64,000 nt of DNA, from the IMG/VR virus record IMGVR_UViG_3300048587_000983; one strand, written 5' to 3'. This stretch comes from a virus. The translations under genes and the position numbers were made by a program. Below the pieces are notes generated by a model. The model did no database searches. It saw nothing but the letters and a program-made list of their open reading frames with translations, and was not told the DNA's origin. Positions 18,151-27,020 of this stretch are shown here, one piece after another. Numbering within the stretch: the stretch's first letter is position 1; every line of letters starts with the position of its first letter.

Positions 18151-18971
18151 TTCCGACCCCCCTCGTATTTTTTATCCACGTAGCTCTTATGGGCCTCAGC
18201 CATATCAATCATCCACCAGCGACCCTCCACATCCTGAAGGAAGTCGATCGACCAGGCCCCTGGAATGGCGGTTGTGATCGATTCGGCCAGCCCTGCGAGG
18301 TAGCGAACCTCGTCCTCGGTCTCGGCGTTTAAAACCTCAAGCGCGGCGTCGATGGAGGGGTATTCCAGAGTGTCCACTTCGGCCCAGTCCGGGAACGCCT
18401 CGCGTGGCCAGTAGGGCTGGTGCCAGCTCACCTTTCCGTTTTCAGCAAAGTAGCGGCGCTCCTTGGTCACAGGCATCTTACCCTCAAAGAGCATGTGAGT
18501 CTTGGTTGGAATGAGGCGGCGAACCACCATGAAGTTGGTGTCTTCTGTGCCCATGCCTCCGACGCAAGCCCAGTTGTAGACGATGTTGTAGACTGCCTCC
18601 CTCACGTTTTCCTTTTTCTCGACGTAACAGCTCCAGTTATGCTTGTCCGAAAAAAGTCCCGTCTTGACAAAGCAGGGATAGCCAAAGAGGTCGCACATTT
18701 CCTCCACTTTGCTTATTCCACGATCCACGGCTTTTTGCGTGACCTCATCGAGCTTTTCGTTTTCAGCAACGCTTAGAATTGCGAGCTGAAGCTCGTAGGG
18801 AAACTCCACCAGCGCAGTCGGGGGCACCGGAATGTCCGCCGGCAAAAGCGGAAACCAATAGCTCTGGCAGGTCTTATTCTCTTTGATGTTCTGAAGGTGC
18901 CTGCGGCGATGCTCCGCTCTCTCCTCCTCGGTCGGCAGCCTTATTTCCGGTATCGACGCTTCGCTCATCAT
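18135..18971 (-). CDS. ATP-grasp fold protein (putative)
   Basis: GYPCFVKTG..SDKH, ERRYF..GKV, WSIDF...WWMIDM; SD AAGGAG. Confidence 0.6.
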   Translation of the reverse strand: MMSEASIPEIRLPTEEERAEHRRRHLQNIKENKTCQSYWFPLLPADIPVPPTALVEFPYELQLAILSVAENEKLDEVTQKAVDRGISKVEEMCDLFGYPCFVKTGLFSDKHNWSCYVEKKENVREAVYNIVYNWACVGGMGTEDTNFMVVRRLIPTKTHMLFEGKMPVTKERRYFAENGKVSWHQPYWPREAFPDWAEVDTLEYPSIDAALEVLNAETEDEVRYLAGLAESITTAIPGAWSIDFLQDVEGRWWMIDMAEAHKSYVDKKYEGGRKWLNG

Positions 18972-19332
18972 GCGCTCCTTTAGGTTTTGGTGCTGTGGAC
19001 GAAAAGATATCCCGAACGAGTTTTTCTTTCCACTGGTCATAGCCTGGGTGCAGGCGCACCGGAATAAACTCTTTCGGGAAGTTCAGGACAGGCATGATCT
19101 TCCGGTAGACCTGCCTCGCATCGAGAAGCGTCCCTTCGGGGATGAGTTCCGCGTCCTTCGCGGCATCGTGTTCTCGTTTCATACACATCTCACATAGGTT
19201 CCAGAAGGTTTTTTTGGAATCTCCCGGACGCCCGCACGGGCACTCCTGGAGAATGGTAAAACATTCCGGGCAGACGGCCCGAAAATGCTCAAATACCGTT
19301 TTGACAAGAGGCGGTGAAAACATGGCTCTCAC
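18874..19332 (-). CDS. Cys-rich hypothetical protein
   Basis: CPEC..CPC..CEMC. Confidence 0.5.
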   Translation of the reverse strand: MRAMFSPPLVKTVFEHFRAVCPECFTILQECPCGRPGDSKKTFWNLCEMCMKREHDAAKDAELIPEGTLLDARQVYRKIMPVLNFPKEFIPVRLHPGYDQWKEKLVRDIFSSTAPKPKGAHDERSVDTGNKAADRGGESGASPQAPSEHQRE

Positions 19333-19673
19333 TTTTGAAGCGGGTTTTCATGGATGGTGTGTTGAGCGCTAGCGGCTCGCAGCTCCTTGACCGCAATCCA
19401 GCACTGGCAGAGGTAAAGGCCGAGGTGGATCGGTGGGCACTCTCCCGCGTCGTTTCTCCACCAGCTGTTGTGCCCGCAGAAGGTCTGGGGCTTGCCGGCA
19501 AAAAAGACAAAGAAGCGTTCGCGGACCGTGATCATCCAAAGCCCTTTGGGAAGAGGGCTTGCCGCGAGGAACTCGTAGGTGCGGAACAGAGCCTCGATAC
19601 CGTTGTCATATCTGATTTTCAGACCGGTTATCGTCTCAGTGCGCATGGCTTTTGTCCACAAGGATCTCTCCAA
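19329..19673 (-). CDS. hypothetical protein
   Basis: 114-aa ORF in a coupled run. Confidence 0.5.
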   Translation of the reverse strand: MERSLWTKAMRTETITGLKIRYDNGIEALFRTYEFLAASPLPKGLWMITVRERFFVFFAGKPQTFCGHNSWWRNDAGECPPIHLGLYLCQCWIAVKELRAASAQHTIHENPLQK

Positions 19674-19866
19674 AAACGCCGTGTTCGTTTAGCTGCAGGG
19701 TGCCGCCGATCTCCTTATATTCCTCAAGGCTTATCTCAACGACGTGCCCATTTCGTATGACCAGCGCTCCGCGGACAGGGGCTGCACAGGGGCGCAGATC
19801 CTCAGAGCTAAGGTCTTCTGAATATACCGGGAGGGGCCTTGCCCCTTTCCTGAACTCGTTTGCCAT
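19636..19866 (-). CDS. hypothetical protein
   Basis: 76-aa ORF from ATG 19866. Confidence 0.45.
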   Translation of the reverse strand: MANEFRKGARPLPVYSEDLSSEDLRPCAAPVRGALVIRNGHVVEISLEEYKEIGGTLQLNEHGVFGEILVDKSHAH

Positions 19867-20254
19867 CGACCATCCTTTCGTATACGGCCTCGCCTTCCTT
19901 AAGATCGGAGGGCACAGCCTCTTTGCGCAGCGTGTTGTTGATAAGATCAATTCCGTGCTTGGCGGACTCCACGTAGAAAAGAACAACATTGTAGGCGGAG
20001 TGCTCGCCCATGTCGATTTTTGTGTAGCCGCCTTTTTTCCAGGCCTGCAAAACCCCCTCGCTGATGCTGATCAGCATGCACTTGCGGTCATCAACGGCCA
20101 CGGCCTCGCCGTTTGCCGTGACCTGAATGTCTGTGTCAATCTCCAGCTCTTCCTTTGAGATATAGACAGGGCCGATCTCTCTCAACCCTCTCAGATTTTC
20201 TGGAGTGAAGCCGAGGATAACGATATCCCTCATTTTCCCTTTGATCATGAGCAA
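19808..20254 (-). CDS. hypothetical protein
   Basis: 148-aa ORF with two similar ISxxE segments. Confidence 0.6.
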   Translation of the reverse strand: MLMIKGKMRDIVILGFTPENLRGLREIGPVYISKEELEIDTDIQVTANGEAVAVDDRKCMLISISEGVLQAWKKGGYTKIDMGEHSAYNVVLFYVESAKHGIDLINNTLRKEAVPSDLKEGEAVYERMVDGKRVQERGKAPPGIFRRP

Positions 20255-20311
20255 ATCCTGTGGTTTTATGATGCCCTTGCACGTGATAAAAGTCTGAAAA
20301 TCCTTTTGATG

Positions 20312-20339
20312 GCCCGGAAAACTACCTGCCGGGCTTTTT
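20312..20339 (+). terminator. hairpin with T-tract on + strand, directly after a - strand stop
   Basis: GCCCGG-N11-CCGGGC-TTTTT. Confidence 0.5.
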
Positions 20340-20800
20340 CATATCCAGTTCTCAACGACCGTCGGCGGGTCGCTTTCATCCTTTGGAATTTTCACCAGGG
20401 GCCCAAATGTGTCCTCCATCGCGGCAATGACAGCCTCGTATTCGCCGTAAACGACCCAGCCCGTCCTCACAGCGGTCCCTGAGCCCGCATGAAACTCGAC
20501 CGCAGCAAACTCCTTTTCGTTCTGCGGGTTACTGTAGATGGTCACGATACGAAGCGGCGCCTTTTCCATGCTACTTAGCACTTTTTCAGATGGCGCCATC
20601 ACCCTCTCGTAGACAGAGCGGATGAATTTTTCCTTATCCTCTCCGAGGTCTTGCGAGGAGAGAAGCACTTCCATACACTTGACCCAGAGGATATAGGTCT
20701 GGCCTGTGTCGGGCTCGTCGCCCTCAAGGTTCAGCCTGTAGCGTCCGTCGCCATTGTCTTTAAACGTGAAGGTAACCCTCGTCTCTTTGATTTCTGTCAT
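20339..20800 (-). CDS. hypothetical protein
   Basis: 153-aa ORF, SD GGAGAGG. Confidence 0.7.
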   Translation of the reverse strand: MTEIKETRVTFTFKDNGDGRYRLNLEGDEPDTGQTYILWVKCMEVLLSSQDLGEDKEKFIRSVYERVMAPSEKVLSSMEKAPLRIVTIYSNPQNEKEFAAVEFHAGSGTAVRTGWVVYGEYEAVIAAMEDTFGPLVKIPKDESDPPTVVENWI

Positions 20801-20990
20801 GACCTCTCCGTTGCTATTCAGAATGTGATACCAGGACTCTTAATCCCAGGGCACAGGTTTTTTGGCGAGAAACGAAAAAAGCGCATCGTCCAAAAGGGCG
20901 CTGCGCTTCGTCGATATATGGAACCAGGTTCCGGATGATTCTTTCTGAAAGGTATCCTGCCTTAAAACTGCCGCCGTGTCTTCTCTTTCT

Positions 20991-21392
20991 TCAGGGGATA
21001 TCCGTATTGACGACGACATACGGCATTCCGCCAGGAAGCAGATGCCAGCTGTCACGCTTCATACAGAATTCCAGCATGTTGACCGCAAGACCAAGGCACA
21101 TAAGGTCCTCGCACCTGTTATGCTCACCCCACTGTCTGCCTTCCCTGTCTTCACAGAGGGCGAGAAACGACCAACCTTCACCTTTACCCTTATGAAATGT
21201 GTCAGGCAGCTGCCGCAAAAGCTCCCGTATCGCCTCTTTCTTCTCCAAAAGACGACCAGGGTGAAAGCCGAATTTCCGGATAACCCCTTCGACGATAACG
21301 GCGTCCGGAGGCGGCTTATGGTCGGGAACCTCTTCGTCACTGTAGAGGACGTGATTCATGATCTCGCGTACATTAGCATCCGTCAGCTGCAA
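20991..21392 (-). CDS. conserved phage hypothetical protein
   Basis: GWSFL..C.D..G.QWGEH..LPGGMPY pattern; TTG start 21392 chosen. Confidence 0.65.
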   Translation of the reverse strand: MQLTDANVREIMNHVLYSDEEVPDHKPPPDAVIVEGVIRKFGFHPGRLLEKKEAIRELLRQLPDTFHKGKGEGWSFLALCEDREGRQWGEHNRCEDLMCLGLAVNMLEFCMKRDSWHLLPGGMPYVVVNTDIP

Positions 21393-21618
21393 GAGAGCTC
21401 TCCTCGCTTTTATCCCTGTAGATAACCCTGCCTTTGTCGTCAAGGTATTCAATTTTCCAGGTTGGGTGATAGTTGAGAACGTGGGCCTGATCGTCAAGCC
21501 TGATGCGAATATACGGGCCCTGCGTGGACACGATGGTTCCCGGCTTTCCCTTGTAAAGTACCCGGCCGCCACGCTTTGCCGGGACGCCGTAGGTTTTTTG
21601 AATGTACTCAAAACTCAC
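21373..21618 (-). CDS. conserved phage hypothetical protein
   Basis: YGVPAKRGGRV..G.I..IRLD..YHPTW pattern. Confidence 0.7.
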   Translation of the reverse strand: MSFEYIQKTYGVPAKRGGRVLYKGKPGTIVSTQGPYIRIRLDDQAHVLNYHPTWKIEYLDDKGRVIYRDKSEESSLAADGC

Positions 21619-21826
21619 AGCCGCTTTTCTCCTTGTCGTAAATTTCCTGAGTTTTCAGAAACTGCGACGCCACGCTTCTTCCCGCACGTTCACGGGCGGC
21701 ATCGCTCGAAAACTTTTTGATAAGCATGGTGGAAAGCCAGACTTTCTCCTGCCGCTCCATGTCGCGCCTGAGTTTGTAGAGCTTTATCTCCCGCGTCACC
21801 CATTGGACGAGCCTTGTTATGAGCAT
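21608..21826 (-). CDS. hypothetical protein
   Basis: 72-aa ORF coupled on both sides. Confidence 0.5.
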   Translation of the reverse strand: MLITRLVQWVTREIKLYKLRRDMERQEKVWLSTMLIKKFSSDAARERAGRSVASQFLKTQEIYDKEKSGCEF

Positions 21827-22215
21827 TAACCGCCGCCTCCAATGATTCCAAAACGTACAAGAAGCTGGGCTACAGAGATGCCTGCCTGCACTCCCGTGAC
21901 AAGAACAAGAAGGAGCGATATGAAGTGGAGCTTCTCGACGTTTTTTACAACCTCCACCGGCACAGACACCCGCCCGTCCATGGACTCGGGCGCGGCGCTC
22001 TCAGGGGGTCTGGGCTGCTGTTCGACAGGCTCCTCGCTGACCGCCAGCACGTACTTCCGCCTGTTCCACTGCTCTCCGCACCACTCACCTGTCTCGTTAG
22101 TCTCAAGCCTGCAGCCGCAGTTTTCGCAATTGATGATACACGACTGCCGGTTGGTCCCGAGTCTTTCAAAGCTGGCTTCACCGCCACAAAAAGGGCATGG
22201 ATCAAGTTTTGTCAT
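21826..22215 (-). CDS. Lar family restriction-alleviation-like protein with C-terminal TM helix
   Basis: LDPCPFCGG...CENCG...WNRR. Confidence 0.75.
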   Translation of the reverse strand: MTKLDPCPFCGGEASFERLGTNRQSCIINCENCGCRLETNETGEWCGEQWNRRKYVLAVSEEPVEQQPRPPESAAPESMDGRVSVPVEVVKNVEKLHFISLLLVLVTGVQAGISVAQLLVRFGIIGGGG

Positions 22216-22241
22216 GGCTCTCTCACGATGGTTATCTGAAA

Positions 22242-22270
22242 GGTATAAAGTGATAAATGCGATGGCTCAA
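22242..22270 (-). promoter_or_regulatory. sigma70-like promoter
   Basis: TTGAGC-N17-TATACC upstream of the Lar-like gene. Confidence 0.45.
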
Positions 22271-22280
22271 GGATTTTGTG

Positions 22281-22305
22281 AAGGGCGCAGAACGCGCCCT
22301 TTTTT
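22281..22305 (+). terminator. hairpin with T-tract on + strand, after a - strand stop
   Basis: AAGGGCGC-AGAAC-GCGCCCTT-TTTT. Confidence 0.5.
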
Positions 22306-22312
22306 GGCTGGA

Positions 22313-22615
22313 TTACTGGTCGCTGCCCGTCGCAGCGCTCTCCTCCTGCAGGACGGCAGAAGCGGCTTGACCTTCAACCAAAAGCTCGACGGTCTTTTGC
22401 TTGAAATTCACGTTTACGACCACGGCGGGAGTGCCGTTGAAGTCGACAGCCTCACCGTTCCAACCGGAAACGACGAGGTCCTGGAAAAGCTCCTTTGATA
22501 TCATAGGGGAATCCTGACGGATGATAAGACCAGTCCCCCCTCCTATGGCGCCACCGGCCTTCAGTTCAGACGAAAGCAAAAGAGTCAAAAGAGACGATGC
22601 GATGATAGCTTTCAT
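22313..22615 (-). CDS. small secreted protein
   Basis: Signal peptide MKAIIASSLLTLLLSSELKA then GGAIGGG; ATGA coupling to the upstream regulator. Confidence 0.7.
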   Translation of the reverse strand: MKAIIASSLLTLLLSSELKAGGAIGGGTGLIIRQDSPMISKELFQDLVVSGWNGEAVDFNGTPAVVVNVNFKQKTVELLVEGQAASAVLQEESAATGSDQ

Positions 22616-23343
22616 GGATACTCCTCCGTTCCTTTCAGTACGTTAAAGAGCGTGCCGACCATTATCAGCACATCGCCCTTGTTCCGCTCATCACGGACGA
22701 GCGTCATGGTGTGTCGGACAAAATCGATCGCGGCATGATAGACAGCGAGTGCGGTTTCAAAGTTCACGCTTTCCCAGGCCACATGGGCGAGCGAGGATCG
22801 CTCCACGTCGTCGTTCTGGGATGGACATATGGAGGCCATGACCCCGATCCACTGGCGGGCCGTATCAAGACTCACGCTGCCGAGCGCGCGGTCGAGCCTG
22901 AAATTGCCGCCGCTGGCCGGTGCCAGATGGCCCGCGCTCACAAGCTCGGAAAAACGCCGGGCCGCCTCCCGCCCAAAAAAGTCGCGGACCTCGGCCTCAT
23001 TCGTGCCGCTCCTATGGCTTGCAAGAAGAAGGACGGGCACATAGTCGCGGTTCTCCAGGTACTCCATCATGTCTTCGTCTTCGGTGCGCTCAGAGACCTC
23101 CGTGCGCGTCCTGGCGAAGGTCGGCATATAGGTCTGCACAAAAGCCTGAAGCTCCGTCTGGCTCATGATGCGCTCGGCTATCCTCATGGCCGTTTCCGGC
23201 ATGACGGACGTTTCATTTTGCACGATCCTTCGTATTGTCGAATAGGAAACGTGAGTCAGCCTTTTGAGCATCGTGAGGTTCCGGCTTTCGCGCCCGGCCT
23301 CCCATTTTTTTATAGCAAGGCTTAAAGCCTCAGTCATGGTCAT
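22612..23343 (-). CDS. HTH regulator, TIGR02147/DUF4423-like
   Basis: N-terminal HTH (LKRLTHVSYSTIRRIVQNE), central winged helix, C-terminal SVN...F.....F..LK segment. Confidence 0.6.
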   Translation of the reverse strand: MTMTEALSLAIKKWEAGRESRNLTMLKRLTHVSYSTIRRIVQNETSVMPETAMRIAERIMSQTELQAFVQTYMPTFARTRTEVSERTEDEDMMEYLENRDYVPVLLLASHRSGTNEAEVRDFFGREAARRFSELVSAGHLAPASGGNFRLDRALGSVSLDTARQWIGVMASICPSQNDDVERSSLAHVAWESVNFETALAVYHAAIDFVRHTMTLVRDERNKGDVLIMVGTLFNVLKGTEEYP

Positions 23344-23362
23344 AGCGTTCTCCAATCCCACA

Positions 23363-24001
23363 TCAGTTTTTCAGGTCAACTTCTGTAACGGGAATACCTT
23401 TGTGTTCCATAAAGGCACTCATATAGCCCCAAAGCTCTTTTTTGGTGACACCCGCCGCCTTAAAATCCGCCTCTTTTGAAAGAGGGATGAGGTTTCTGAA
23501 CGCCTCGACAATAAAGCGATCGTCATCCGTACACTTGCGCGCCCTGCTTGTCAGCTTATGGGTCCGCGAGTCGTGATCCTGCCCATACGCGAATTCCAGC
23601 CCGCTTTCACCATACATGCCCCAAAGTATACATTCGGTGCGCTCAGGGAAATCCTCTGCAGAGAAGTCCTCTGGAAAAGTCGCCCGCTTTTTTTTAGCTT
23701 CGTCCAGAAGCTCCTCGTCGGTTTTGCTTTCCGTCTTGTCGATTTTGACCGCAACACACCATGTGTCAACGAGAAAGCCGAAGCGCTCGACATCCTTGGC
23801 CGCAAAGGCTCCGGCCAGCAGCAGCATAAACTTCTGTTTATCCCGGATGGTCGTAAAATCCAGCGGTATGACCCACGCTTTTTTGTCACGAAAAGCAACG
23901 ACCGCTGACGCAAAAGGCTTCTTCCGGTTCAGATAATGCTGCTTCGCGCGGTCGATATAGTCATCGAGAAATTTCTTTTGTAAGTAAACGTAGTCCTGCA
24001 T
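23363..24001 (-). CDS. hypothetical protein
   Basis: 212-aa ORF. Confidence 0.7.
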   Translation of the reverse strand: MQDYVYLQKKFLDDYIDRAKQHYLNRKKPFASAVVAFRDKKAWVIPLDFTTIRDKQKFMLLLAGAFAAKDVERFGFLVDTWCVAVKIDKTESKTDEELLDEAKKKRATFPEDFSAEDFPERTECILWGMYGESGLEFAYGQDHDSRTHKLTSRARKCTDDDRFIVEAFRNLIPLSKEADFKAAGVTKKELWGYMSAFMEHKGIPVTEVDLKN

Positions 24002-24090
24002 TCTTCAATCCCTGTAGCCGGTTGAACGTCTGTTTAAAATGCGAAAAGGGGCTGGAAACGAGCCCTGCCCCCTTACTTTCTGTCAGAATT

Positions 24091-24561
24091 CTACGCGCCC
24101 GGCACATCCCAGCAGATGGTCTTCGCGGTGTTGTCTCTGACGTCAATTTGAATGTGAAAATGCTTCTTGCAGCCAAGGCAGCGCCCGTGACCCGAGTTTC
24201 TCCCCATCTGAAGGGAAAGACCGGGTCTCATGAAAAAGGACGCCTCGCAGTAGGGGCAGGATATGTCGTAGCGCTCCTTCAGAGGAAAGCCTTCCGGCAG
24301 GCTCTCGCCGAAGCGGTGCTTATCCTGCGCCCGTCTTCCGACCATGATCACATCCCGGAGATCGTCCTCCGTTGCATCTTTCAATGCTGCCGTGACAACG
24401 TCTGCGATGGCATCGACGCCGGCCTCCTTCATACAGGAAGGGCAGGGTACCTGCACGCCGTTCCCACCACCGCCGTCCGACATTCGGAGGAGCTTTTTAT
24501 CACGGCAAATCTTGCAATTATACTGCTCAGGCGCTGGCGTCAGTTCCGGATTTATCCCCAT
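24091..24561 (-). CDS. zinc-finger protein
   Basis: CKIC..CPSC and CPYC..CLGC pairs. Confidence 0.65.
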   Translation of the reverse strand: MGINPELTPAPEQYNCKICRDKKLLRMSDGGGGNGVQVPCPSCMKEAGVDAIADVVTAALKDATEDDLRDVIMVGRRAQDKHRFGESLPEGFPLKERYDISCPYCEASFFMRPGLSLQMGRNSGHGRCLGCKKHFHIQIDVRDNTAKTICWDVPGA

Positions 24562-24562
24562 T

Positions 24563-24892
24563 TCACATGAACCCCATTTTCTTTGCCTTGTCCATCAGAC
24601 GCTTTGCTGCAGCCGTGATCTGAAGGCCGTTGTTCCAGTCGTCGACGAACTCGATCCCCTGGGCGAGTCTTTTCACGTTGTCGCAAATTTGTGACTCCAT
24701 CTCGCGCGGCGCAATCAGAAGAATCGGCTTATTCATGAGAACCGCCAGACCAAACTGCATAATGGCCTGAATGTCCTTCTCATAGTTTTTACTGAAAATT
24801 GCGGTAAAAACGCTTGATCCGGAGAGCCCTTCGATATTCCGCCGGACGCTCTCTTTGAATGCCGGGTCCTCAAAAAAATCCTCGTTTTCCAT
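24563..24892 (-). CDS. nucleoside 2-deoxyribosyltransferase/TIR-like fold protein (putative)
   Basis: AIMQFGLAVLMNKPILLI resembles the NDT ExGxAxAxxKP motif with Glu->Gln. Confidence 0.5.
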   Translation of the reverse strand: MENEDFFEDPAFKESVRRNIEGLSGSSVFTAIFSKNYEKDIQAIMQFGLAVLMNKPILLIAPREMESQICDNVKRLAQGIEFVDDWNNGLQITAAAKRLMDKAKKMGFM

Positions 24893-24910
24893 ATCCCACT
24901 TCCTTTCGGG

Positions 24911-25105
24911 TTACTTGGGCTCTGCCGGAAGCCTTTTGGCTATCTCACCGAGCATCGTCCATATCGCCATAAGATTCATGTTCAGGAGCTCAAGCTCGCC
25001 AACCGCCGTTCGCTTGCCCTCGTTCATCTCCAGAAGTTTTTTCGCGTGAAGCGGGATCGCTTGCGACAGTAGCTTCAGCCTTGTGTCAATCTCCTCGTTC
25101 GTCAC
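24911..25105 (-). CDS. hypothetical protein
   Basis: 64-aa helical ORF, GTG start. Confidence 0.5.
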   Translation of the reverse strand: MTNEEIDTRLKLLSQAIPLHAKKLLEMNEGKRTAVGELELLNMNLMAIWTMLGEIAKRLPAEPK

Positions 25106-25391
25106 GACCTTGCTCCTTCTCCGGCTGTTCCTTGGTTCCGCGGACTGGCGGCACCCTGCTGTAGTAGCCCACAGCGTAGTCCACTTGATTCTCCACCAGA
25201 CCAAAAAAATGCCGCATGGCGGCCTTGGGATCTTTTTGACCTCCGATATTGCTCGCAGCAATCCGGGCGAGGGCCAACATGATATGAAAACCCTCGTGCT
25301 GCCTCAGAACAGGTATCAGCGCGTCCGCCATGGCCTGTAGGCAGGCGTCCGCTTTTGCAAGCTCCCGTAGACTCCCGTTCGCTTCACTCAT
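25086..25391 (-). CDS. hypothetical protein
   Basis: 101-aa ORF in a coupled run. Confidence 0.55.
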   Translation of the reverse strand: MSEANGSLRELAKADACLQAMADALIPVLRQHEGFHIMLALARIAASNIGGQKDPKAAMRHFFGLVENQVDYAVGYYSRVPPVRGTKEQPEKEQGRDERGD

Positions 25392-25615
25392 TTGAGATCC
25401 CCCTTGTCTTCCTTGTTTGCGTAAATTGTCGGTGACATGCTGTAGCGGCCCTTCGGTGCCACAGACTCAACGCCTTCTTTCACCTTTATCCCGAGACGTT
25501 TCCCCTCACTCGTCGTAAGGGTCTTCTCGGTGCGGGATGCGACTGTAATCCTGTAAATGCAGTCGTAATCGCAAAGCGATCTGCAGTAGTAGGTTTTACC
25601 GACTTCAAACTTCAT
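25388..25615 (-). CDS. conserved phage hypothetical protein
   Basis: KFEVGKTYYCRS.CD.DC..RTEKT..GRYSMSP pattern. Confidence 0.7.
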   Translation of the reverse strand: MKFEVGKTYYCRSLCDYDCIYRITVASRTEKTLTTSEGKRLGIKVKEGVESVAPKGRYSMSPTIYANKEDKGDLK

Positions 25616-25848
25616 ACAGCCTCGCCCCTGACGATCACTATCGTTTTATCCGGAGTCACATAATGAAGGTAAGGTACAGCCAGCCGCACGGTCACGGCAC
25701 CATGCTCGGCGGAGGATTCTTCCAGGTCCATCGCGTACACCTCCAGCTCATCGTAAAACTCGGGGGACATCTCGTAAAGGTCCCCGTGTCTCAGCTGCGA
25801 GAAAAGAGGCTCCAATACGCTCAGGAATCCAGGTTTTTCTCTTGCCAT
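25612..25848 (-). CDS. hypothetical protein
   Basis: 78-aa ORF, SD AAGGAG. Confidence 0.55.
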   Translation of the reverse strand: MAREKPGFLSVLEPLFSQLRHGDLYEMSPEFYDELEVYAMDLEESSAEHGAVTVRLAVPYLHYVTPDKTIVIVRGEAV

Positions 25849-25895
25849 AAAGGCTCCTTGTGAAAGCCGGTAGACGCATCCACCGGCTCTGATAG

Positions 25896-26264
25896 TTACG
25901 GTTGCTGCAGAAAAGATATCATGATGCCCGTCAGAAGTTTGGTCTGCGTTTCCACGACCCACTTTTGTTCCTCAGGGGTAAATCGGAACTGATTGAGAGC
26001 CCAGGGTGATCTTTTCACGCGCGCCATCTTCTCAACAGCGCAGCTTTCTGTAAAGCCCAGCTGATCGGCATTGTCGTTGAGGTAGCTGGCAATCGTTGCG
26101 CAGATATCTGTACCCTCTCCGTATACGACGACATCAAAAAGACTTTCTATATTAGCCTCCCGGATAAGCTCAACGGCTCGCCGTGACTCATCCAAGTTAA
26201 CCACTTTGTCGGTGTAGGTTTTAAGAAAGTCTTTCTCTTCTTTCGTCAAATCTCTAAATTCCAT
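25896..26264 (-). CDS. hypothetical protein
   Basis: 122-aa ORF, SD AAGGAG. Confidence 0.6.
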   Translation of the reverse strand: MEFRDLTKEEKDFLKTYTDKVVNLDESRRAVELIREANIESLFDVVVYGEGTDICATIASYLNDNADQLGFTESCAVEKMARVKRSPWALNQFRFTPEEQKWVVETQTKLLTGIMISFLQQP

Positions 26265-26302
26265 GCACGTCTCCTTGGTTAGTTCCTTTTTGATCAAAAA
26301 AG

Positions 26303-26581
26303 TTAGCTGCGCGCTCTTTCTTCATCGTCCGCGTAGTAGTCGCGCGGATACACATGATTCTTGTGGTGCGCTTCCACCAGCGCGCAGAAGTCCTCCCAGT
26401 TATCCACAATGGATGCGGGTTCGATTCTATATCGACCATTCATTCCATCGAGATCGTTTAGCTCCAAACAGAGCGTTGAGGACTGCAGCCCCAAAAGGTT
26501 TGCCATAATGATCCGATTTCCGTCTCTCGTATCCACAACGCTGTAAAGCCTTTGATCCATGTACGTCCCTTCCGTCATCAA
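26303..26581 (-). CDS. hypothetical protein
   Basis: 92-aa ORF. Confidence 0.6.
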   Translation of the reverse strand: MMTEGTYMDQRLYSVVDTRDGNRIIMANLLGLQSSTLCLELNDLDGMNGRYRIEPASIVDNWEDFCALVEAHHKNHVYPRDYYADDEERARS

Positions 26582-26608
26582 AAAGAGCAGTTTTTCTGTT
26601 TTTTATTT

Positions 26609-26872
26609 CTACATCCCCTTCATTCGCCGAATAGCCTCCTCATTCATATCCTGAATATGCTTCTCGATTTCGTCTTTGAACGAGGTGAGAATTCTAAACG
26701 CATCCTGTTCCTCGTATTCATCGCAGACGTCGGTCACAGTGGAGAATGCTGTGGCCCATCCAGCCTTGAAGGCCTTGTCCATCTCCGTAACCTGTACGGC
26801 TGAAGCATTCGGCGGTATGACGTTTTTGCGGAAATCCTTGGCCGATTCAAAGAGACCTTTAACTTTTTCCAT
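26609..26872 (-). CDS. hypothetical protein
   Basis: 87-aa ORF. Confidence 0.65.
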   Translation of the reverse strand: MEKVKGLFESAKDFRKNVIPPNASAVQVTEMDKAFKAGWATAFSTVTDVCDEYEEQDAFRILTSFKDEIEKHIQDMNEEAIRRMKGM

Positions 26873-27020
26873 ATATGGGTACCTTCTGGCTTGTTGCTGT
26901 GATCAAAAAACACGTGTTTATTGGACGGAAAACCCCCGATCTGAAAAAGGCTCCTGCCAAGGTTTCTGACAACCTGACAGGAATTGTGATCATCTTCCAG
27001 TGAGTTGAGCCGTGCCTTGG

